In this document: one piece after another, positions 19,342-29,889 of the stretch
How the letters are laid out: each line of letters opens with the position of its first letter
How positions within the stretch are numbered: the stretch's first letter is position 1
Origin: Leptospira sp.
Lineage (GTDB): Bacteria > Spirochaetota > Leptospiria > Leptospirales > Leptospiraceae
Direction: 5' to 3'
DNA: 64,000 nucleotides
NCBI GenBank assembly: GCA_034439575.1
Contig: JAWXAQ010000016.1
Span: forward strand, 256,001 to 320,000
Made by a program: the position numbers and the translations under genes
The notes under the pieces: generated by a model
The model's input: the letters and a program-made list of their open reading frames with translations, nothing else
What the model was told of the DNA's origin: nothing
Database searches by the model: none

Positions 19342-20667
19342 ATGCCATTCTCTGGCAAGTCAGCCATTTATTCTGCTGAAACAGGTAAGTCTTGGATAGA
19401 AAAAATCCTTCCCTTGGCCTGGGAAGAGTTATGTACAAGCATGGGAATCCTGGCGGGAGTCGTTGTCCTCAAGTCGTTTGAAGATGACTCTTTTATGGAG
19501 AGTGCTTCTTTCGGGTATGGTGAAGACGGATTTTATTATCCATTTTTGGCAAGAGGCGAATCCGAACTCGAAGAGGTAAAGTTGAGTTTAGGTCCAGTGA
19601 TGTTCTCTGGTGAAACGCACTCTTTGTTTTCGGAAGATGCTAATGCCTATGTGATGGGAATCCGATGTGAAAACCCATTAGAATTTTCAGGTTTCATACT
19701 TGCCGAGTTTCCAAAAAAAGATCAAAATTTTAGCCAACTCCTTTACCTTTTCGCTGAGAAAATAGCCAAAGAAATCGAATCTATTCATATTCAAAAAAAA
19801 TATATAAGCGAGCAGGCGATCACTCCGACGCCCCAAGAATCTCCATTTATAATCCATTTCATTTCAGGATTAAATCAAAAAATTGAGGCTTTAAAAAAAG
19901 AAGGGTATGTAAGTATTTTTGGTAAAAAAGGAACAGGAAAACGCACCCTTGCCAAGTGGATCCATAGCCAGACTCGACCTCATTCGCCTTGTTTATTTAT
20001 TAGTTCTATTCCCGATCATTTAGGAAAATTGGAAAAAGCAATCTCTCATTGGTCAGAAGAAATTGGCCGAGGAACCTTGGTGTTTTCAGGGCCCAAAAAA
20101 TGGAGTCTCGGGCAACAGAAAATCCTTTTGGATTGGGTTTCCACAAAGCTAGAATGCCAAATTTTATTCTTGGATGGTTTGGAGGAAGCAGAAGAATTGT
20201 TGCCAGCTTTCGGAAAGCACTTGCGCAAAAATAGCATCCAAGTTTCCGAATTATCCTTTTTTAATAAAACTGACATTCAAGAAATCGCGACTCGCATGTT
20301 TCAAGATTTGGCCCGTGAGCAAAATAGAAGTGGTCTTAGTTTAGATGCAAAAGCTTTAGATAGCATATGTGAACAAGATTTTCCAGGAAATTTTACTGAT
20401 TTGAAAAACCTTTTACTCTCTGGAATTTTGAAATGCAAAAGCAATATTGTCACCGAAACCGATCTTGATTTTAGTGATTCCCACCTTAATTTAGGCGTTC
20501 CCGATTCGGAAGATTTAGACTTGCGGAGAGGGATTCAGGCACTAGAAAGGCAGAAGATTCTAAATGCAAAACGGATATTCTCCGGCAACCAAATTCGAAT
20601 GGCAAAGGCTTTAGGAATCTCTCGCGGGGCTTTACAAAATAAAATGAAACAACTAGGCTTACTTTAA
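19342..20667 (+). CDS. Fis-HTH transcriptional regulator with a degenerate sigma54-activator-like AAA domain
   Basis: Walker-A-like GKKGTGKR, FPGNFTDLKN (compare WPGNxREL), and C-terminal GNQIRMAKALGISRGALQNKM. No GAFTGA motif. The start was moved to ATG 19342. Confidence 0.75.
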   Translation: MPFSGKSAIYSAETGKSWIEKILPLAWEELCTSMGILAGVVVLKSFEDDSFMESASFGYGEDGFYYPFLARGESELEEVKLSLGPVMFSGETHSLFSEDANAYVMGIRCENPLEFSGFILAEFPKKDQNFSQLLYLFAEKIAKEIESIHIQKKYISEQAITPTPQESPFIIHFISGLNQKIEALKKEGYVSIFGKKGTGKRTLAKWIHSQTRPHSPCLFISSIPDHLGKLEKAISHWSEEIGRGTLVFSGPKKWSLGQQKILLDWVSTKLECQILFLDGLEEAEELLPAFGKHLRKNSIQVSELSFFNKTDIQEIATRMFQDLAREQNRSGLSLDAKALDSICEQDFPGNFTDLKNLLLSGILKCKSNIVTETDLDFSDSHLNLGVPDSEDLDLRRGIQALERQKILNAKRIFSGNQIRMAKALGISRGALQNKMKQLGLL

Positions 20668-20672
20668 TCTTT

Positions 20673-21677
20673 ATGGAAGAAACGGTTTACGAAGAGAGAA
20701 AAACTCCGGGTGGGTTTCTTGTAAAAGTGAGACTGTCAAAAATGACCTATGTCGTTTTTACAGAATCTGGGCCAGAAGTACCCAAAGGTGCCAAAAATAA
20801 TTCCATTGTATCCGTAGTTCCCAAAGTAGGTTTTTTTGGAACAGATTTTGATCTTTCTCATTTTCATTTGGGCGAATTATCTTTTGTAAACGTGAAAGCT
20901 GGTAAAATGGTGATCCCTTACCAACACGGATTTTCAAATGAAATCAAAACTATCTATCTGGGAACAGGTAGCCAAAGCGACGCGCTCCCTGTCGTCATTC
21001 AACATTTCAAAACCAAAGAAGCCTTGATGCAGGCCTGGGAGAAGGGAGAACAAGTTCAGTATCTAGTTGTAGATGAAGAGATACCAAGATCCGATATGGT
21101 GACTTTCAAAATCAGATACCCGAGCCTTAATATCTTAGTAATTAAGAAACGAATCAATACTTCTGCTGAATCGCAAGCGGCTAAACCAATCGGGAATAGT
21201 GACTCTGACAAAGGTATCGTGGACTATGATAAAGTCCGAGCCACGGATGTTGCCAAAAATGCAAATTTAAATATGTATAGCGAGAACCCAGTTTTTTTAG
21301 CTAGGATCCACCTTCGGAATGTTGAATTAGACAAGGTAAAACAATTGCTCTTGGACTTCAAATTGAGTGCGGAAGATGTTACATTTATCCGTACTTTTTT
21401 GGAAGTCATGATCAAAAATGAATACCAAAAACCAGAGCTTGAAAAATTAAAACCGCAATTGATCGCATTAAATGAAGCCTTTCGACTTTCCGTTTTAATT
21501 CTAGAATTTGGCATCGAAGCTTTCGAGAAAGAATTAGAAAAAGGATTCTCCTCGGAAATTTCTAGCATGATTTATGCGATGTTAGCTAAAGAACAAGAAG
21601 CCGCGACAGAAACTGAAAAAGAAATCGTGCTTTGGGAATGGAAACTAAGAACTCGAGAAATGATGTATGGCCGCTAA
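20673..21677 (+). CDS. Hypothetical protein
   Basis: 334-aa ORF starting 5 nt after the regulator, with normal composition. Confidence 0.7.
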   Translation: MEETVYEERKTPGGFLVKVRLSKMTYVVFTESGPEVPKGAKNNSIVSVVPKVGFFGTDFDLSHFHLGELSFVNVKAGKMVIPYQHGFSNEIKTIYLGTGSQSDALPVVIQHFKTKEALMQAWEKGEQVQYLVVDEEIPRSDMVTFKIRYPSLNILVIKKRINTSAESQAAKPIGNSDSDKGIVDYDKVRATDVAKNANLNMYSENPVFLARIHLRNVELDKVKQLLLDFKLSAEDVTFIRTFLEVMIKNEYQKPELEKLKPQLIALNEAFRLSVLILEFGIEAFEKELEKGFSSEISSMIYAMLAKEQEAATETEKEIVLWEWKLRTREMMYGR

Positions 21678-21773
21678 TTTTTCCTCAAAATAGGTAAAAA
21701 AAGCTATCTTTTTAGGCAAAAACCTTCAAAATTGAGGAAAGTTGCTATGAAAATGCTCCAAACTTCACTAAAA

Positions 21774-21790
21774 TTGGCACGAAACTTGCT
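21774..21790 (+). promoter_or_regulatory. Sigma-54 (RpoN) -24/-12 promoter
   Basis: TTGGCACGAAACTTGCT matches the consensus YTGGCACGNNNNTTGCW exactly. Confidence 0.75.
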
Positions 21791-21815
21791 GACCCAATTG
21801 GGCTTTGCTGGGCTA

Positions 21816-22553
21816 GTGTTTCTATTTTGTGGGAGTTCTATTTTTGCTAATGTTTCAGAAAAACCTATCATTATCCCTGCTGATCCCCTCCTAACTCCTG
21901 TTCAGTTAGTGAATGGTATCATTTCAGAAGTGACTGTCCCTTCAACTTCCATTGCAGTTATCGCACACGCTGACTTTTTCCCATCCAGTAAAATAACTGG
22001 GACAAAAGGGAACGGCAAAGTTAAATCTATTCGTTTAACGCATGAGACCTATTTTTCAAATTCCATTCGTTTAGAAAGCCCAGCAAGTGTGGATGATCTG
22101 AGAAATGAAAATGCTCCTTTTGGTTTTTTAGCCAAAAGGAGTATTTTTAAAATAAAATCTGACTTACGACAATCTGTGTTAAAATCGATTGCCAAGACAG
22201 GTCTTTTTGCTTTTTTTGAAATATGTCTCAGCCAAAGCGAGTTGCCTTCCAAAAATTTATCAATGCGATGCGAAAACTCTCAGTGGAAGTCAATGACACA
22301 GAGATCTGCAAACGCTTGGAAATCCTCATGGCCACTAGCAAAGATGACCTACCTATTGCCCAAGTCAATTTGCTCCTTGCTGACCCGAAAAGCTTCGACC
22401 CACGTGCCATCGCAGAGCCGTTTACGCAGTATGTCCGACACTTTATCTATATGGTCAAACGAAGTGGTAAGCTCCCAGCAGACCTCGCCGGCGATTCCTC
22501 AGCCACAACTGGAAGCAATCGCGGCCAAGATACAGCTAAATCCAAAAAGCTAG
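21816..22553 (+). CDS. Possible exported hypothetical protein; its 3' half overlaps the next ORF
   Basis: Signal-peptide-like VFLFCGSSIFA follows the sigma54 site. The last 331 nt overlap another ORF and look like off-frame sequence. The start is uncertain. Confidence 0.35.
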   Translation: MFLFCGSSIFANVSEKPIIIPADPLLTPVQLVNGIISEVTVPSTSIAVIAHADFFPSSKITGTKGNGKVKSIRLTHETYFSNSIRLESPASVDDLRNENAPFGFLAKRSIFKIKSDLRQSVLKSIAKTGLFAFFEICLSQSELPSKNLSMRCENSQWKSMTQRSANAWKSSWPLAKMTYLLPKSICSLLTRKASTHVPSQSRLRSMSDTLSIWSNEVVSSQQTSPAIPQPQLEAIAAKIQLNPKS

Positions 22554-22606
22554 TTTCCGCCAAAAAGACCAATCCTCGCCCAAAAAAATCTCTCAAAACC
22601 AAATAA
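22223..22606 (+). CDS. Small basic hypothetical protein
   Basis: 127-aa ORF with a helical N-terminal domain and a Lys-rich disordered tail. Confidence 0.7.
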   Translation: MSQPKRVAFQKFINAMRKLSVEVNDTEICKRLEILMATSKDDLPIAQVNLLLADPKSFDPRAIAEPFTQYVRHFIYMVKRSGKLPADLAGDSSATTGSNRGQDTAKSKKLVSAKKTNPRPKKSLKTK

Positions 22607-23494
22607 GGTACTCCGACCTAGTTTTTACCTGCATCCAACAGCGCCCTATGCCTAGCACAGAAGCAAATAAGCAAAATCTATAGTTTTGTGTCTAAAGCAC
22701 ACAAAAGAAAGAAGATCGAATTCGATCTAAATAATTGCTTAGTTTTGGTCAATTATCTGCCAAAATCATGACTCGGTTGGATCTCCGTCTCGCTGTCTCG
22801 AATTCTTTGCCTGAATCTGGGCATATATGAATAATAATAAAAAACGGAATTTAAATGCCTAAGGAACAAGGCCAGAATTGGTCATTTGGATATCTGGCGA
22901 AGGGCAGTCACTAAAGAGAGGCCTATGCCGATTTTTCGGCCGCCGTTTTATCGCCAGATCATAGTTTTGTTCCTTCGATTGGGCATTTAGATTTTGAGCT
23001 TTTGGGTCTTTTTCAAAGTGGATTGGCTAAAGGAGCGAATCAAATTCAGATCATTCTTTTTTAGTGAATGCAGAAAGGAAGGTACATATTATTGCGATAA
23101 ATGTCAAAAAATCGGCAGTTAGCGCTCCTTCCTAATGAGAAAAATTCTCTGAATGTCTGATACTATGCCAGAAGCCAAAAGAGAGGAATTCCTTTCTGGC
23201 AAATCGCCATGATTCCATATATAAAGAAAAATGGTCAAAAATATGCTTCTGATTGGGACAGAATGTCGACATCCCTCAAATTTGAGTGGAATGAATGTAA
23301 ATGTCAAAAAATCGGCAACAGTGGGTTGATAATGGACGGGTTCCGCTGCATTTACGGGAGAATCCTGTATATCGGGGGATATTCGATCCAAAACATGACA
23401 AATTGACATGTGTATGCAATAGACAGAAGCATGAATATTTGTCAGGGATGAATAGTGCTTTACTTGGGCCGGCCACAGGCAGTAATCTCGCCCA
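22607..23494. ncRNA. Long intergenic region, candidate large structured RNA or regulatory array
   Basis: No convincing ORF; several nested 8-9 bp complementary helices and a 20-bp exact repeat. Confidence 0.4.
23098..23317 (+). repeat. 20-bp exact direct repeat TAAATGTCAAAAAATCGGCA, two copies 200 bp apart
   Basis: Copies at 23098-23117 and 23298-23317; a partial inverted copy TGCCGATTTTT lies at 22926-22936. Confidence 0.92.
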
Positions 23495-23710
23495 ATGGCC
23501 GAAACAATAAGATTGCGTGTAAAATGCCACGCATGTTCCAATTTAATTGAAGGAAGTGCGAAGTATGGGTCCGGGCACTTTGTCCCTGAAGGGGTCGTAT
23601 TTGAGTTTGTAGCTGTGGGAAAGGTCGAAGGAGCCCAGGGGAAGCGAGTGAAGGCGGAAGTTACCTGCGTTTGCCCCAACTGCGGGGTAAAATGCAAATA
23701 CAATGTTTAA
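23495..23710 (+). CDS. Small zinc-ribbon-like protein
   Basis: 71 aa with CHAC and CPNC motifs. Confidence 0.7.
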   Translation: MAETIRLRVKCHACSNLIEGSAKYGSGHFVPEGVVFEFVAVGKVEGAQGKRVKAEVTCVCPNCGVKCKYNV

Positions 23711-23784
23711 ATGCTTGATTCTAAGCATGAATATGCTCGATTTTCTTTCTACCTCTGAGCTAAACACAGGAGCTTGGCAGAAAA

Positions 23785-25287
23785 GTGCTTTTTAATAGTC
23801 CGATATATGTTATATTTGTAGGCGTTTTATTGCTTATGCATTGGTCATTAAAATGCCTTTATATGGGCGCAAATAGATCGCTGCCCAATAGCGTACAAGG
23901 AACTGCTGCTCTACCGGTCATTATATTGCTTATATTTAGTGGATTATTCTACTCGGCTTGGAATCCCACATACTTCGGCCTTCTAGTATGGGTTGCCGCT
24001 GTAGATTATAAAATAGCATTGCGTATTTATGCAGCCAAGACTGATTCCAAGAGAAAATTTTTACTAATTCTTTCTCTATCGAATAGCCTGGGGATCCTAT
24101 TTTTCTTTAAGTACTTTGGCTTTTTCCAAGAAAATCTCCTGGAAACCTTGCATATTTTGGGATTGAGTGCTCACTTTGAAATCATTCGTATTTTACTCCC
24201 TGTGGGAATTTCCTTTTATGTCTTCCAATCCGTTTCCTACATCGTAGATGTCTATCGGCGCAATATTTTGCCTGAGAAGAATTTGAGCCATTATTTACTA
24301 TTTCTTTCCTTTTTCCCGCAATTAGTGGCAGGCCCAATCGTAAATGCTAAGTCATTTTTGCCACAATTGAAAAATCTACTGCCCTTTTCCGAAATCCGAT
24401 GGAACTTTGCTCTTTTTCTCATACTACTCGGTGCTTTCAAAAAAGTAGTTATCGCAGACCATTTGGCTATCACTTCCGATTTTTCCTTTTCTCATGTCGG
24501 GGAGGTAAATAGGGAATTTTTGTGGATTGGCTTACTGTCCTACGCAGGTCAGATATATTGTGATTTTTCGGGGTATACTGATATTGCCCAAGGCACGGCA
24601 CTTATGTTCGGGTTTGAGCTACCTGAGAATTTTAGGATGCCTTATCTGGCTCGTGGGTTTTCTGACTTTTGGCGGAGGTGGCATATCTCGCTTTCTGATT
24701 GGTTGAAAAATTATTTGTACATACCTCTCGGTGGAAATCGTGCGGCAAAATTGGGCATATATAAGAATCTAATGGTGGTTATGCTACTTGGTGGGCTTTG
24801 GCATGGCGCAAATTGGAATTTTCTATTTTGGGGGGCTGGTCATGGATTTTTATTGGTCTGTGAGAGGTTGGTTCGAAATTTAAATATAAATACTAAATAT
24901 TTGGAAATCCGTCTGCTAATGCCAATTTATCATTTTATGTATACGGCTTTGACCTTTTTATGCGTATGTTTTCTTTGGGTATTCTTTCGTAGTCAGAATT
25001 TTAGTGATTCCCTGTGCTATCTACAGGGCCTTTTTGTGAAAAACGCTGATATTTCCATTCCTTATGCCCAATTGATGACAACATATTGGTGTTTTTTTGC
25101 GATGATTGTCGGTCATATCATAGGTCAAAAAATCTTTAAAAATAATGAATCTCTATCAATGAAGTTTGATGCTATGGAACAAACGGCTGTTAAAAAAATT
25201 GCACTTGGAGCCTTATATTCATTGGGTTTTATCGCTGTAGTGCTAATGTCTGGGAATGCTCTACCTTTTGTATATTTTGTATTTTAA
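23785..25287 (+). CDS. MBOAT family O-acyltransferase (AlgI/PatA-like)
   Basis: Motifs LPVGISFYVFQ, FFPQLVAGPI, DFSGYTDIA, FWRRWHISLS and GLWHGANWNF. Confidence 0.93.
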   Translation: MLFNSPIYVIFVGVLLLMHWSLKCLYMGANRSLPNSVQGTAALPVIILLIFSGLFYSAWNPTYFGLLVWVAAVDYKIALRIYAAKTDSKRKFLLILSLSNSLGILFFFKYFGFFQENLLETLHILGLSAHFEIIRILLPVGISFYVFQSVSYIVDVYRRNILPEKNLSHYLLFLSFFPQLVAGPIVNAKSFLPQLKNLLPFSEIRWNFALFLILLGAFKKVVIADHLAITSDFSFSHVGEVNREFLWIGLLSYAGQIYCDFSGYTDIAQGTALMFGFELPENFRMPYLARGFSDFWRRWHISLSDWLKNYLYIPLGGNRAAKLGIYKNLMVVMLLGGLWHGANWNFLFWGAGHGFLLVCERLVRNLNINTKYLEIRLLMPIYHFMYTALTFLCVCFLWVFFRSQNFSDSLCYLQGLFVKNADISIPYAQLMTTYWCFFAMIVGHIIGQKIFKNNESLSMKFDAMEQTAVKKIALGALYSLGFIAVVLMSGNALPFVYFVF

Positions 25288-26825
25288 TGAAAAATAAATC
25301 CAAACAATATATTTTCCTTTTGTCCTTTGTTATGTTTTTGTTTGTATTTGATTTTTTATTTTTCCGTGAAGGACAATTCAGACTCCCGAATGAATCTCCT
25401 TGGAATACAAATCACTTTTTCAATTTCCTATATGAATATAAATATTTGCTTAGAACGAAGAAATCTAAGCCTAGAATTCTAATTCTTGGAAGTTCGATCG
25501 CCTATTATTCGTTTTCAGCGAATGAATTGAAAGAAGAATTGAATAAGATTACTGGCAAGGAATTTGAAATTTGTTTTTTAGCTTACGCGGGTAATAGTCC
25601 CTTGTATGTTTATTTGTTACTTGATTGGTTGTTTCCCTTGGAACCTGACCTTGTTATTTATCCTATCAATTTTATTGATTACCGATTGCACCGAACATAC
25701 GTTTTGTTCCCAGAGGGAAAAAATGAATCTGTAGATGAAGAGATACTTGTTCGGGATGCACTGACTTTTGCAGAAGCGCCACAGTCACTTTGGGTCTTCC
25801 CTTGGGAAACACTTATGGAAGTGGGAAAATCTATGACTGTGGATGAGAAGGCACGATACTTTTTAGCCAGCACATTTGGATTCTTCAGGTTTCAAGATAT
25901 TTACCTAACAAATCTGCAAAATTTGTACAACCATAGGTTTGGTCGGAACACCAGTTATCATGCCTATATGGGTGTAGATATCCCCGAGGGAATTAATACT
26001 TTGGGTTGGACGGGGAAAAAATTTTCGTTTTATCCAACGGAAAGAATGAAAAAGGATAATGCGGGATTTTGGATCGAAGTCACAACATTTTTGTTGAAGA
26101 AAGGCCCCGTGACTCTCACCTTCACAGATAAATTTGAGCGAAAACAAGTTCAGGTTTTGGACAAACCTGGTTGGTTACAAGTCCATTTAGATAAAAGTTT
26201 TTATGAAAATCCTAGTTTAGTCACCGCTGAACTTTCAGATGTTTGGTTTGCCAATGAGGCCGAGGGTGCCTATTTGGATTATCATTATGATCCAATGGGC
26301 GTTAGGCTACAGCAAAACTTTGGCTTAATCAATCCCATTCAAAACCAACAATACAGAAGGCCCGTTCGTTCAGAGGATTTACGGTATCTTGGTATGGGTG
26401 ATGCACAATATGAACGGTATTTTTATTACCGGCTACTTGAAGGATTAGAAAAACGTCCTGGAATCGGCTATCTCGTAGCATTAGAAAGGGCCAAAAAACG
26501 AATTGCCACAGAGAGTTTTCGACCCTTATTTCACTTGGGTTATTTGAAAAAAATTTCCGAAACATTTCAAAGAAAGGGAATTCCTTTGGTGGTGATAAAT
26601 AACCCAGAAAATCCTATCTCACTTTCCTGGTACAAAAACTCAAAATGGTATACAGATTACCTGATTTACTTGCAATCCTTGGAAACGGATAAGGTCCAAG
26701 TTTGGGATTTGAAAGAGGCTTTGCCCATGCAAGGATTCTCGGATTTTCATCATTTTACCTACGATGGAATGTTACAAATGAATTCGATTTATGCAAAACG
26801 AATCGGAAATCTCTTTTCTAAATAG
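25287..26825 (+). CDS. Membrane-anchored SGNH/DltD-like partner of the MBOAT
   Basis: N-terminal TM helix, ILGSS motif, C-terminal FSDFHH (DxxH); translationally coupled to the MBOAT. Confidence 0.6.
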   Translation: MKNKSKQYIFLLSFVMFLFVFDFLFFREGQFRLPNESPWNTNHFFNFLYEYKYLLRTKKSKPRILILGSSIAYYSFSANELKEELNKITGKEFEICFLAYAGNSPLYVYLLLDWLFPLEPDLVIYPINFIDYRLHRTYVLFPEGKNESVDEEILVRDALTFAEAPQSLWVFPWETLMEVGKSMTVDEKARYFLASTFGFFRFQDIYLTNLQNLYNHRFGRNTSYHAYMGVDIPEGINTLGWTGKKFSFYPTERMKKDNAGFWIEVTTFLLKKGPVTLTFTDKFERKQVQVLDKPGWLQVHLDKSFYENPSLVTAELSDVWFANEAEGAYLDYHYDPMGVRLQQNFGLINPIQNQQYRRPVRSEDLRYLGMGDAQYERYFYYRLLEGLEKRPGIGYLVALERAKKRIATESFRPLFHLGYLKKISETFQRKGIPLVVINNPENPISLSWYKNSKWYTDYLIYLQSLETDKVQVWDLKEALPMQGFSDFHHFTYDGMLQMNSIYAKRIGNLFSK

Positions 26826-26862
26826 GCTAAAATTTATACCTTACGAATAGGTAAGGAATTTT

Positions 26863-27912
<1,050 letters not shown>

Positions 27913-27923
27913 GTTAATTTGCG

Positions 27924-29888
27924 ATGTTAGACCCCAATCTCCCCGAACTTAGAGTGATGGATTATACTGCCTGCTTGCAAAAGGTGCAGGCAATGGATTC
28001 ACGGGGAGACTTTTCTTACAAAGGTATTTATAAAGTACTTCTTGTTATCTTTGAATGGACTGATAAATTTTTACAGAATAAAGTTTTACCAAACATCGAA
28101 CAAATCGAAAGAGATAGTTCTATTGATCGGGATCGCACAGAAATTTATGCAACTGATTTATGTTTTCGTCAAAACCCACCTATATTAAAAAAATTGAATG
28201 TGATTGAATTCCATCCAAATGAAGTGGGTGATTCGGAAAATCCTAGGACATTTTTAAAACACAATACCGTATTTGCAAGGCCTACAACGAGTGATGGTGG
28301 TACTGCTTTTCGATATGCACTTGGATTGAATGAATTATCGGCAAATGCAATTAAGAGTTGGTTTTCAGAAAAACGAAAGTATGTGGGAAAAGAGAAATTA
28401 AAAAAAATTATCAAAGCCGCAGTCGATTCCAGTAGATTATTTGATACCTATTCATCTACAGAACTTGGAAATTTATTTCAATGCCCTTTTGATAAAACCA
28501 AAGCACAGAAAGATGCGACAATCATCATCCATCTGAAACCTATACTCAAACAATTGGTTGATGATAAAGTATTGTTTTTCTTCAGAAATGATAAAGCTAG
28601 TCGGCCTGGGAACAAATCAGTATTTGTTTATAATAAATCCGAAGAACTGGCCGATAGATACGAAGCCTATTTGGACTACATTAAAAATACCATTTACCCC
28701 GCATTGCAAAAACTAGGTGTTGTCAATGAAGTGAATGAAGATACTTGGAAAGCTCCCAAGGCAAAATTAACAGAAATACTCGGATATTTAAACGATTCTT
28801 ATGGTGATCAAAAGACATTAGTTGAAGAATCTATCATCCTGAATGAAATTATTGAAAAAGATAAAGAAAAAGAAGAAAAACAAAAGCGCAAACAACAGAT
28901 AGAAGATATAATGACTTTTCTCGCACAGGCGGGAAGGATCGTTGAACTTAATTTATTACGTGTAGCTGGGGAGCCGATCACAGATGAGTTCCGAGCCCAA
29001 TTGTTATCACAACCTGAAATACTATATGCAGAGTTTGCAGATCGAAAAATTTACAATGAATTTATTTTACATAAAGCTTGTATCGAAGCTGCTATAGAAT
29101 CTGCAAAAAGAAATTTTATATCAAAAAAAGCTGATTTAGAAATACGAGTTCTTGGACTAATGAATGTTACGGTGCACTTAATGGATGAAGGCCCAAAACG
29201 AATATTGGAAGAAATAGAGGCGCAAAGTTTTTTTAGTTTTTTACCTTTGATTACAAAGTTATGGCGCATGTTAATCGGTGCAATGACGGTTCATAAACAT
29301 GAGATTCCTGCGATCAGAGCTAGGCTACAAAACCAATTGAGTCGGGATTTAGCCACTCAAAAAGCCATTAAAATGTCCAAGGAAAAAGAAAGGATCGTCA
29401 AAGAACGCGTCAAAGAAAGAGAAGAGAAAGAAACGAAAACTGTCGTCAAGCAAGCGTCAGCTGATGGCGAAGAAAGTGAACCTGTTAAGACAGGAAGCCC
29501 CGAAGAAGAAAAGAAATGGAAAGAATCCATGGACGAAATTGTTAAAATTTTGGACGAAGCATGGGATTTTGGAGTATTTCCAGATCGCGAATACGTTTTA
29601 TCAAAATTAAACGGTAAGTATACCGAAGAAAATTTGATTTTCTTTTTAAAGAAATTTGGTGGTAAAGAAATTTATTCCTATTCGATCCGCAACCAAAGAG
29701 AGAAATTTCCATGGCCAGTCCTTGTTTCCTCTAGTTATTTGAAAAAGAACGGAAAAAAATTATTAGAAAAAGCAAATGAAGATAGTAACAAACAACGTAA
29801 CGAAAAATTTCCAAATCAAGAAAAATTTGACATTGCCGAATCGCAAGTCGACTTTCTAAATAGAATCTTACCTCGATTAAAACAATAA
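27924..29888 (+). CDS. Hypothetical protein with coiled-coil segments
   Basis: 654-aa ORF packed tightly between asd and pyk. Confidence 0.75.
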   Translation: MLDPNLPELRVMDYTACLQKVQAMDSRGDFSYKGIYKVLLVIFEWTDKFLQNKVLPNIEQIERDSSIDRDRTEIYATDLCFRQNPPILKKLNVIEFHPNEVGDSENPRTFLKHNTVFARPTTSDGGTAFRYALGLNELSANAIKSWFSEKRKYVGKEKLKKIIKAAVDSSRLFDTYSSTELGNLFQCPFDKTKAQKDATIIIHLKPILKQLVDDKVLFFFRNDKASRPGNKSVFVYNKSEELADRYEAYLDYIKNTIYPALQKLGVVNEVNEDTWKAPKAKLTEILGYLNDSYGDQKTLVEESIILNEIIEKDKEKEEKQKRKQQIEDIMTFLAQAGRIVELNLLRVAGEPITDEFRAQLLSQPEILYAEFADRKIYNEFILHKACIEAAIESAKRNFISKKADLEIRVLGLMNVTVHLMDEGPKRILEEIEAQSFFSFLPLITKLWRMLIGAMTVHKHEIPAIRARLQNQLSRDLATQKAIKMSKEKERIVKERVKEREEKETKTVVKQASADGEESEPVKTGSPEEEKKWKESMDEIVKILDEAWDFGVFPDREYVLSKLNGKYTEENLIFFLKKFGGKEIYSYSIRNQREKFPWPVLVSSSYLKKNGKKLLEKANEDSNKQRNEKFPNQEKFDIAESQVDFLNRILPRLKQ

Positions 29889-29889
29889 A

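Noticed and set aside
23098-23317. Possible mini-CRISPR array from the 20-bp repeat
   Set aside because: Only two copies, a 180-nt spacer, a repeat that is too short, and no cas genes in the window.
22607-23494. RNase P RNA, tmRNA or CsrB-like sRNA
   Set aside because: No GAGGAAAGTCC or tRNA-like tmRNA ends were seen. GGA motifs do not look clearly enriched or consistently placed in hairpin loops.
23119-23703. ORFs 23119-23703(-), 23209-23406(+), 23276-23530(-) and 23301-23510(+)
   Set aside because: Mutually overlapping, no recognisable motifs and atypical composition; probably spurious, although a small peptide cannot be excluded.
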